64,000 nt of DNA from Rhodothermales bacterium (lineage in GTDB: Bacteria; Bacteroidota; Rhodothermia; Rhodothermales; VXPQ01): the NCBI GenBank assembly GCA_040904565.1, contig JBBDTI010000013.1, forward strand, positions 32,001-96,000, in the 5' to 3' direction. The position numbers were made by a program, and so were the translations under genes. The first letter of the stretch is position 1. Each line of letters starts with the position of its first letter. This document shows positions 56,885-64,000 of this stretch, piece after piece. The notes beneath the pieces were generated by a model. It had not been told where the DNA came from. It ran no database searches and saw nothing but the letters and a program-made list of their open reading frames with translations.

Positions 56885-57334
56885 TCAGCTCGTCTCGCCC
56901 CCGTTCCATCGCAAGATGAACGGGATGTCTTCGTTGGGATTGAGCAGGTGGATACGGCTTGAGCCAAGTACGTGGCCTGGAAGGGGTATTCGGAGTCGAT
57001 CGCGTACGAGCGCTTCGCAATCGTCGCCGCCGTCGTCATGGCGCAGCCACACGCGTGTCCCCTCGTTACCGGTGCTCGAAGCGAGCTCGAATGCGTGTTC
57101 GGCGCACCCGCCGGCGTAGGTGACCATGACGACCAGCGTATCTCCGACGATGACAGGCGGTTCGTAGGGGGCTACGGGCGCCTCGTTCGTTTCGATGCCG
57201 TACGGACTGCCGAACCGCTCGGCGTCGTAGCCATCGTCCGTCTCATCTACATGATGCGGTCCGTCACAGCCAACCGTGAGGACGAGCAGGGCCAGGGCGG
57301 ACCAGACGGCCGGTTTCTGAACTTTTTTCATCAT
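56885..57334 (-). CDS. Hypothetical lipoprotein
   Basis: MMKK... signal with lipobox TVGC; 'GDTL...V.Y.GGC..H.F.L', 'L.HD..GD.CEA' conserved-looking Cys pair. Confidence 0.7.
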   Translation of the reverse strand: MMKKVQKPAVWSALALLVLTVGCDGPHHVDETDDGYDAERFGSPYGIETNEAPVAPYEPPVIVGDTLVVMVTYAGGCAEHAFELASSTGNEGTRVWLRHDDGGDDCEALVRDRLRIPLPGHVLGSSRIHLLNPNEDIPFILRWNGGETS

Positions 57335-57386
57335 GATCCGGTATTGCAACAGACGTTGAAACGAGTTGTAACGGGTACGAGCGAAC

Positions 57387-58886
57387 ATGCTGCACGATAA
57401 GTACGAGCCGGTTATCGGACTCGAGGTTCACTGTCAGCTCTTGACGAATACGAAATCGTTTAGTTCGGAGTCGGCTCGTTTCGGAGCGGACCCGAACACG
57501 AATGTCGATCCCATCAGCCTGGGGCATCCCGGTACGCTGCCGGTGCTCAACGATCGGGTCGTTGATTTTACGCTTCGGATGGGGCTGGCCACACACTGCC
57601 AGATCGCAGCTCGGTCCGTCTTCGCAAGAAAACACTATTTCTATCCCGACCTGCCGAAGGGCTATCAGATATCTCAGTACGATACGCCGATCTGTTCCGG
57701 CGGGTACGTGGAGATTGTGCTCGAGGATGAAGACGATGACGATTCGATTCGACGTAAACGGATCGGGCTCACGCGCATCCACATGGAGGAGGATGCGGGC
57801 AAGTCGCTGCACGACCAGGACCCGTATGACACGCTTCTCGACTACAATCGGTGCGGCGTACCGTTGATCGAGATCGTCTCGGAGCCCGACATTCGTTCGC
57901 CCCGGGAAGCCTATCACTACATGCAGAAGATCCGGCAGGTCGTGCGCTATCTTGGGATCTGTGACGGCAACATGGAAGAGGGATCCCTTCGGTGTGATGC
58001 CAACGTTTCGATCCGGCTTCGCGGACAGACGGAGCTCGGGACCAAGACGGAAGTGAAGAATATGAACTCGTTCCGCAACGTCGAACGGGCTCTTGAATAT
58101 GAGATCGCACGTCAGATCAAGCACGTCGAAGCGGGCGGTACGATCGTACAGCAAACGCTGCTCTGGGACGCCGATCGCATGGAGACGCGTCCCATGCGAT
58201 CGAAGGAGGAGGCCCACGATTACCGCTACTTCCCGGACCCGGATCTCGTGCCGGTGGCCGTGACGGACGAGGTACTCGATCGCGTACGCAGCGAGCTCCC
58301 GGAGATGCCCGAGGTTCGCAGCAACCGGTTTCAGGAAGAATGGGGACTCCCCGAATACGACGCCCTACTGCTGACCGAAGAACGGGAGCTGGCCGATTTT
58401 TTCGAAGAGACCCTCAAGCAACTGTTCAAGCGTACTGGCGGAGGGAATACTCGAGAACAGGCCAAGGCCGTATCGAACATGGTGATGACGGACGTCCTCC
58501 GCACCCTCAACGAACGGTCGATTGCGATCGGTGAGATGAGCGTGGATCCGGACCGCCTGGCGGAACTCGTGCTTCTTCGTCTGGAGGAAACCGTGTCTTC
58601 ATCCGCGGCGCAGGAAATTTTCGACGCTATGCTCGAGGTGGACGACGGCCCGCAGGCTATCGCGGAGAAGCGAAATCTCATTCAGGTTTCCGACGAAGGG
58701 GCGCTCGTGCCCGTCGTCCAACAGGTTATCGACGACCATCCCGGTCACGTCAAGACGTATCTTGACGGAAAGCAGGGCCTCATCGGTTATTTCATAGGAC
58801 AGGTCATGCAGCGATTCGAGGGTGCGCCTGACCCCAAGATCGTTCGAAAGCTGCTCAGCGAAGAGCTGGAATCGCGGCGAGAATGA
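57387..58886 (+). CDS. gatB: Asp/Glu-tRNA amidotransferase subunit B
   Basis: 'IGLEVH.QL', 'PGTLPV.N', 'YFYPDLPKGYQISQ', 'HMEEDAGK', 'LRCDANVS', 'RSKEEAHDYRYFPDPDL'. Confidence 0.98.
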   Translation: MLHDKYEPVIGLEVHCQLLTNTKSFSSESARFGADPNTNVDPISLGHPGTLPVLNDRVVDFTLRMGLATHCQIAARSVFARKHYFYPDLPKGYQISQYDTPICSGGYVEIVLEDEDDDDSIRRKRIGLTRIHMEEDAGKSLHDQDPYDTLLDYNRCGVPLIEIVSEPDIRSPREAYHYMQKIRQVVRYLGICDGNMEEGSLRCDANVSIRLRGQTELGTKTEVKNMNSFRNVERALEYEIARQIKHVEAGGTIVQQTLLWDADRMETRPMRSKEEAHDYRYFPDPDLVPVAVTDEVLDRVRSELPEMPEVRSNRFQEEWGLPEYDALLLTEERELADFFEETLKQLFKRTGGGNTREQAKAVSNMVMTDVLRTLNERSIAIGEMSVDPDRLAELVLLRLEETVSSSAAQEIFDAMLEVDDGPQAIAEKRNLIQVSDEGALVPVVQQVIDDHPGHVKTYLDGKQGLIGYFIGQVMQRFEGAPDPKIVRKLLSEELESRRE

Positions 58887-58937
58887 ACCCATTCCGGCTT
58901 ATCCACTCAGATCAATCATCAAAACGAAGAGTCCCTT

Positions 58938-59684
58938 ATGCTCGTTGCCGGTAACTGGAAAATGAATACCGACCTGATCACGGCGCGCACGCTCGCGCGC
59001 AACGTCGTTGAAGCGGTCGGCGATCCTGGGGAGGTGAAGGTCGTGGTTTGTCCACCCTTCATCAGCCTGCATGCCGTCTCCGAAATCGTCCGTAATTCTC
59101 CGGTCGATCTCGGAGCGCAGAACATGCACGAGGCCGATTCGGGGGCCTTTACGGGAGAAGTGTCTGCCGCTATGCTTCGTTCCGTAGGCTCGCAGTACGT
59201 CATACTGGGGCATTCGGAGCGTCGACAATACTTCGGCGAGACGAATGAGGGTGTGAATCGGAAAATCAAGAAGGCGCTGGCGAGCGACATTCTGCCCATC
59301 GTATGCGTAGGAGAGAGTCTGGATCAGCGGAAGGGCGGGGCGGCCCAGAATGTGGTCGGCCGGCAGATCGGCGAAGGCCTCGGTGGCGTCGACGTGGAGG
59401 ATGCTGAGCGGCTCGTCGTAGCTTACGAACCTATCTGGGCGATCGGTACCGGTGAGACGGCTACGCCGGCTCAGGCACAGGAGATGCACGCGTTCATCCG
59501 ATCGCAGCTGACGGACAGGTACGGTGACGATACGGGGGCGGCGATACACATTCTCTACGGCGGCAGCGTGAAGCCGCATAATGCCGACGAGCTCTTCGCT
59601 CAGGACGACGTGGACGGTGGGCTCATCGGTGGCGCGAGCCTCAAGGCGGATGACTTCGCTGCGATCGTAGACGCGGCGCGCTGA
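58938..59684 (+). CDS. tpiA: Triosephosphate isomerase
   Basis: 'AGNWKMN', 'GAFTGE', 'GHSERR', 'AYEPIWAIGTG', 'YGGSVK', 'DGGLIGGASL'. Confidence 0.99.
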   Translation: MLVAGNWKMNTDLITARTLARNVVEAVGDPGEVKVVVCPPFISLHAVSEIVRNSPVDLGAQNMHEADSGAFTGEVSAAMLRSVGSQYVILGHSERRQYFGETNEGVNRKIKKALASDILPIVCVGESLDQRKGGAAQNVVGRQIGEGLGGVDVEDAERLVVAYEPIWAIGTGETATPAQAQEMHAFIRSQLTDRYGDDTGAAIHILYGGSVKPHNADELFAQDDVDGGLIGGASLKADDFAAIVDAAR

Positions 59685-59709
59685 ACGTCCCGGCGGATGG
59701 CTAGGAACG

Positions 59710-61137
59710 GTGATACAAACGACGAGGGGTGCAGCTATGAGGAGCACGGCAGGCATCGTATTGGCCGCTGCGCTCTCGATCTGGATGAGCGGCTGCGCGG
59801 GAACGTCGGCGCTTGACGCTCCCGAAGAAGGTCGCACCGAGGCCTACGAGCCGGGCGCGCCCAACTTTGACATGGAGTCGGTCGTTCGCGTCGAAGACGA
59901 TCGGGCGTCCGTAGAGATTTATTACAGCTTCCCGTTTGCCTCGCTCGTTTTCGTCCAGTCGAACGAACGGTTTGAAGCCGAATATGAGATGGTGGTTCGT
60001 CTCATCGACCGTTCTACGGAACGCGTCGAAGCCGAGCAGTCCGACATCGGCCGTCTCACGGTCTCGTCATATGACTCTACGCTCGGATTCCACCCTCACA
60101 GCGGTCGGCTCTCGCTGCGCGCTTCGCCGGGCGATTACGTCGTGAGGGCCGTGATGACGGATGTCGAGACCCGAGCGCGGGCCGAGCGGCGTCAGTCCGT
60201 TCGTATCGTGGCCGCTGGAAGCGGGGACGCGCATCTGGGACGCATTCTTCTGGAAGGAACGGGTTCGTCGGGGCGAACCGAGCCGCTCGTGTCGCGGCAC
60301 GTGTCGGCCCGGATGGATTCTCTCTTCGCGTCGATCAACCTTTACAATATGCAAGATGGATCCGACATCGACGTGACGATGAGTCTCGTCCGATATGAAA
60401 CGGATTCGACCTTCGCGGCTCCTCCTTACTGGTTCATCCCCTCGCGGGCATCGCTTGCCTACCGCGGTGTTAATTACGCAGCGTCAGATACCATTCAGAT
60501 TTCGAGACGATCGCTGGCAGGTGCGAGCGACCATGCATCCGTTCAGTTCTCGCTCCCGCCGCTGGAACGGGGCATGTACCGGCTTCGCATAGAGAGCCGG
60601 GATTCCTCTCGTGCGGTGGAGATGGTCCGCGAGCGTGTTCTTTCCGTCAAGAACCCGACGTTTCCTCAGATCTCGATGCTGGACGATCTGATCGAATCGC
60701 TGGCCTACATCGCCTACGACAACGAGATCGATTACATCCGCGCGGGGGAGACGCAGGCGGAGCGAAAGCGCCGCTTCGATGCCTTCTGGGGATCGCTCGT
60801 ATCCAACCGCAACGTGGCCGGTAATCTCGTCGAATTGTACTACAGTCGGATCGAGGAGGCCAACCTCTTTTTTACGGGGTACAAGGAAGGATGGATGACG
60901 GACCGAGGTATGATCTTCACGATCCTGGGTCCGCCCGTCTATATCGATCGCCGGATGGATCTGGAGATCTGGCACTACAGCTACGGTGATCGGGATCCGG
61001 TAAACACGTTCGTGTTCGAGCGCGCACGGGAAGGGCGAGAGGGACCTTTCGAGACGTACATTCTTCAACGGAGGCCCTACTATCAGAATGCGTGGGCACG
61101 TGCCATCGATCGCTGGCGTGACGGTACCGTGCTGTAG
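59710..61137 (+). CDS. GWxTD-domain lipoprotein (paralog 1)
   Basis: Lipobox MSGC; 'FW....YY.R...AN..F....EGWMTDRG.I...GPP'. Start may be 59737. Confidence 0.88.
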   Translation: MIQTTRGAAMRSTAGIVLAAALSIWMSGCAGTSALDAPEEGRTEAYEPGAPNFDMESVVRVEDDRASVEIYYSFPFASLVFVQSNERFEAEYEMVVRLIDRSTERVEAEQSDIGRLTVSSYDSTLGFHPHSGRLSLRASPGDYVVRAVMTDVETRARAERRQSVRIVAAGSGDAHLGRILLEGTGSSGRTEPLVSRHVSARMDSLFASINLYNMQDGSDIDVTMSLVRYETDSTFAAPPYWFIPSRASLAYRGVNYAASDTIQISRRSLAGASDHASVQFSLPPLERGMYRLRIESRDSSRAVEMVRERVLSVKNPTFPQISMLDDLIESLAYIAYDNEIDYIRAGETQAERKRRFDAFWGSLVSNRNVAGNLVELYYSRIEEANLFFTGYKEGWMTDRGMIFTILGPPVYIDRRMDLEIWHYSYGDRDPVNTFVFERAREGREGPFETYILQRRPYYQNAWARAIDRWRDGTVL

Positions 61138-61208
61138 GCTGTTCACGGAAGGCGTGCCCGCGATAGAGGCCGGAATTTCGTGTCAATAATCATGGCACTC
61201 GAGCTGCG

Positions 61209-62600
61209 ATGAAGATACGGGTACACCTACTCTGGGCGGTTCTGGCCGTGTCTCTCGCCGGATGTGCGCCGCGGGCGTACGTCCCGGATGCGGATGCGAA
61301 TCGGTCGATCGTGCACGGCGACGGGACCGTACGTTTCGCGATGGAGGTCGTGGCGCGGGTCGATGATGATGCGACAGGCGTCGACGTCCATCTTGCCGTG
61401 CCGCACGCGTCGCTCGTGTTCCTGCAGACCGGAGGGGGCTATGCGGCTGCGTACGAGATGAGCGGGTTGGTGCGCGACGGCGCGGAGACGGTGTATCGCG
61501 TGGAGTGGATCGACACGGTTCATGCGTCGACGTATCGACAGACGCAGACGTACGATCCACTTCTCATGAAGAGGCGGATTGCGCTCGACCCCGGCCGCTA
61601 TACGATCGAGATGGCGCTTGAAGATGCGGAAAGCGGTGCGCGGACTGTTCGAACGCAGGGCGTCACGGTTTCGGATCCTCACCATATGGGAGCTGCTGTC
61701 GGCGACCTGCTTCTCGAAGACGCTCGAGCCGGGTCACCGTTTCAGCCGGTCGTCTCCGTTCACGTGCCCGGGAGCTACGACTCGTTGCGCATCGTGACGG
61801 AGGTGTACAACGTCTCGGATACGGCTGACGTGACGATGACCCTGGTCAGCTTTGAAACCGATTCGACGGTTGCCTCTCCGCCGTTTTGGTTCACGCCCGA
61901 TCCGTTTTCGCTCGCTTACAAGGGGGTGGACTATGATGCTGTGGATACGGTTCAGGCGAGCCGTCGCCGGATCGGCGACGCCGAGGATCGCCTGTCCGTC
62001 GAATTTTCGCTTCCAGCGTTGGATGTAGGTACGTATGCCGTCGAGGTACGAGTCTCAAGCCGCAGCGGGACGCGAACGAAATACAGACATTTTACGGTCA
62101 AGCGTCCGTCCTTCCCCCGTATCACGTCTTTGACAGAAATGGTCCACGCGCTGAGCTACATCGCGCGAGACGACGAGCTGAGGCGGATCCTTGCCGCGCG
62201 GTCCGAGGAGGAAATGAAACGCAGATTCGATGCCTTCTGGGCGGATCGGGTACCGAGTCGAGAGGCTGCCGCGGCGCTGCTGTCCACCTATTACAGCCGC
62301 GTTGAAGAGGCGAATATCCGGTTTTCCGGGTACAAGTCCGGATGGAAGACGGACCGCGGAATGATTTACATCCTGTTCGGTCCACCCGCCTACGAGGAGG
62401 AGACGGCCTCCGGCATGGCGTGGTACTACTTCGAGCCGGGTGCCATCCTGAACAGACGTCTGCCCCCGTTCGTTTTCCGCCGATCGCGTGCCTACGGAAA
62501 CGCCGGCCTTTTCGATACCTACGTCCTCCAGCGTCGCGAGGCGTACGAGGACGATTGGAGAAGACGTGTCGAAGATTGGAGAGACGGAACGGCCGTCTGA
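61209..62600 (+). CDS. GWxTD-domain lipoprotein (paralog 2)
   Basis: Lipobox LAGC; 'YYSRVEEAN..FSG..SGWKTDRGMIYI.FGPP'. Confidence 0.88.
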   Translation: MKIRVHLLWAVLAVSLAGCAPRAYVPDADANRSIVHGDGTVRFAMEVVARVDDDATGVDVHLAVPHASLVFLQTGGGYAAAYEMSGLVRDGAETVYRVEWIDTVHASTYRQTQTYDPLLMKRRIALDPGRYTIEMALEDAESGARTVRTQGVTVSDPHHMGAAVGDLLLEDARAGSPFQPVVSVHVPGSYDSLRIVTEVYNVSDTADVTMTLVSFETDSTVASPPFWFTPDPFSLAYKGVDYDAVDTVQASRRRIGDAEDRLSVEFSLPALDVGTYAVEVRVSSRSGTRTKYRHFTVKRPSFPRITSLTEMVHALSYIARDDELRRILAARSEEEMKRRFDAFWADRVPSREAAAALLSTYYSRVEEANIRFSGYKSGWKTDRGMIYILFGPPAYEEETASGMAWYYFEPGAILNRRLPPFVFRRSRAYGNAGLFDTYVLQRREAYEDDWRRRVEDWRDGTAV

Positions 62601-62631
62601 TTTTGGGCCGATCCGGTGATCCGGCGCATCG

Positions 62632-62994
62632 TCAGGAGTTCGACGAAGCGTTCGATCCGCTGCTGCCGTCAGACGAGCCGCCGCTTGAAGTGTTCGCACC
62701 CGAACTCTCACCGCTTGATGCCTTGCCTCCGGATGCGGTGCCTTCGGAAGCCGAGCCCTCGGATCCCGGCGACTCGCCCGACGACGACGACGATTTCGAC
62801 TCTGAGCTATTGTTATTGCGCGCGTAATCCGTCAGGTAAAACCCGCTGCCCTTGAAGATCAGGCCGGCACTACCCGTTATTATGCGCTCCACTTTCTGAC
62901 CCGTTTCGGGGCACGTTTCAAGTGCATCCTCCGTGATGCGCTGGTCGATCTCAAACGTCGAACCGTCTTCACGTCGATATACGTACGTCGGCAT
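62632..62994 (-). CDS. FmdB-family zinc-ribbon-like protein with Ser/Gly-rich tail
   Basis: 'MPTY.Y....FE..Q....L..CP', 'FKGSGFY.TDY'; about 60-aa low-complexity tail. Confidence 0.85.
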   Translation of the reverse strand: MPTYVYRREDGSTFEIDQRITEDALETCPETGQKVERIITGSAGLIFKGSGFYLTDYARNNNSSESKSSSSSGESPGSEGSASEGTASGGKASSGESSGANTSSGGSSDGSSGSNASSNS

Positions 62995-63134
62995 AGCAAG
63001 CTTTATTAAAGCGGTTGTGACAGATTGTCAGAGCGAGGAGGCTTTCGCTTCCGGGCTGTTGCAGAAAGGCATACTGCAAAAGATGTTCCGAGCAAAAGAT
63101 GTTCCAGGATCCGTTCGTCCGGGCGACGCCGGAC

Positions 63135-64000
63135 CTACCGCGTCTCGTTCCGTTCCACGTCGGGGAATGTAAATAGCGGGGGCCCGATGATGGAGCTGCG
63201 TGCAAGGTCGGCGATCTTGGGGCGAACTTCACTGATCTTACTGTTGTTGCGGCTCGGATACACGCGATTGGTCAACAGGATTACGAAGAGGTCGACGTCG
63301 GGATCGATCCAGAACGACGCCCCCGTAAACCCGGTGTGGCCGAAGCTGTTCGGCCCGAATAGTTCACCGGCCGACGAGTATCCTTCGGGCGCCTTGGTAT
63401 CCCAACCCAGCGCGCGCGTGCTGAGGTCGGGATCCTGCACGATCGTGAACGTCGCGATAGTCTCCGGTGAAACGAAAGATCCTCCATTGAGCCGGCCGTC
63501 GTTCAGCAGCATGAATGCGAGCTTGGCAAGGTCGTTTACGGTCGAGAATACACCTGCATGGCCGGACACGCCGCCGAGGATCCAGGCCGTTTCGTCGTGG
63601 ACCTCTCCCTGGATAAGACGCCGCCGGAAATGTGCATCGACCTCCGTCGGTACCACCGTAGGATCCGTGATGCCTGTACCGCGAAACTGCGTATCATGCA
63701 TACCCAGGGGCTCGAACACGTTGGCGGTTACGTATTCCGAAAACGGTTGCCCGGTGACGCGTTCGATTACGAGCATCATCGTGATCATGCCGAGATCGCT
63801 GTAGCGCGATTCCGTTCCCGGACGATACACGAGTTCTTCCTCCATCAGGAGATCGATCAGCGCGGCGCGCGTGGTGATCCCCATCTGATGGAACGCCCGG
63901 TATGGCGTGAGTCCGGCCGAGTGCGTGAGCAGCTGACGGATGGTAATGTCGTCCTTGCCGGACTGCCCAAATTCGGGCAGGTAGTGTACGACGCGTTCGT
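63135..64000 (-). CDS. Serine hydrolase, beta-lactamase/AmpC family (5' end beyond window)
   Basis: Frame stays open to the window edge (...ITIRQLLTHSAGL...); 'PG....YSD.G', 'GEVHDE.A...GG.SGHAG.FS', 'FGHTGFTG', 'LLTNRV'. Confidence 0.9.
   Translation of the reverse strand, partial: ERVVHYLPEFGQSGKDDITIRQLLTHSAGLTPYRAFHQMGITTRAALIDLLMEEELVYRPGTESRYSDLGMITMMLVIERVTGQPFSEYVTANVFEPLGMHDTQFRGTGITDPTVVPTEVDAHFRRRLIQGEVHDETAWILGGVSGHAGVFSTVNDLAKLAFMLLNDGRLNGGSFVSPETIATFTIVQDPDLSTRALGWDTKAPEGYSSAGELFGPNSFGHTGFTGASFWIDPDVDLFVILLTNRVYPSRNNSKISEVRPKIADLARSSIIGPPLFTFPDVERNETR

Noticed and set aside
58899-58907. TTATCCACT DnaA-box-like 9-mer (also ATATCCACA at 38582-90)
   Set aside because: Isolated one-mismatch hits with no cluster or origin context.

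Overview
GC-rich bacterial chromosomal window. The gene content (PorV-like and DUF5103 plug proteins, GWxTD lipoproteins, an Hc1/'histone H1'-like protein, a Cys-poor FmdB protein) suggests a Rhodothermota/FCB-group organism; this is inference. Most of the window is core genes: dapD, dnaG, ppk1, ppgK, dnaE, uvrC, rsmB, rlmI-like, rsmF-like, porin-pstSCAB-phoU, gatB, tpiA, bcp. Two modules stand out. (1) A form IV RuBisCO-like protein (KDDH type) lies next to a cupin, with mtnA about 43 kb away. Together these resemble the Rhodospirillum rubrum MTA-isoprenoid shunt. (2) A complete eboABCDEF cluster is transcribed divergently from that mtnA across a 57-bp spacer containing overlapping extended -10 elements. 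The window also holds several apparently degenerate enzymes, an unannotated 47-aa lipoprotein-like ORF, tandem GWxTD paralogs and several intergenic repeats or palindromes. I saw no tRNA, rRNA, CRISPR array, transposase or integrase. All product calls come from motif recognition by eye, not from database searches.
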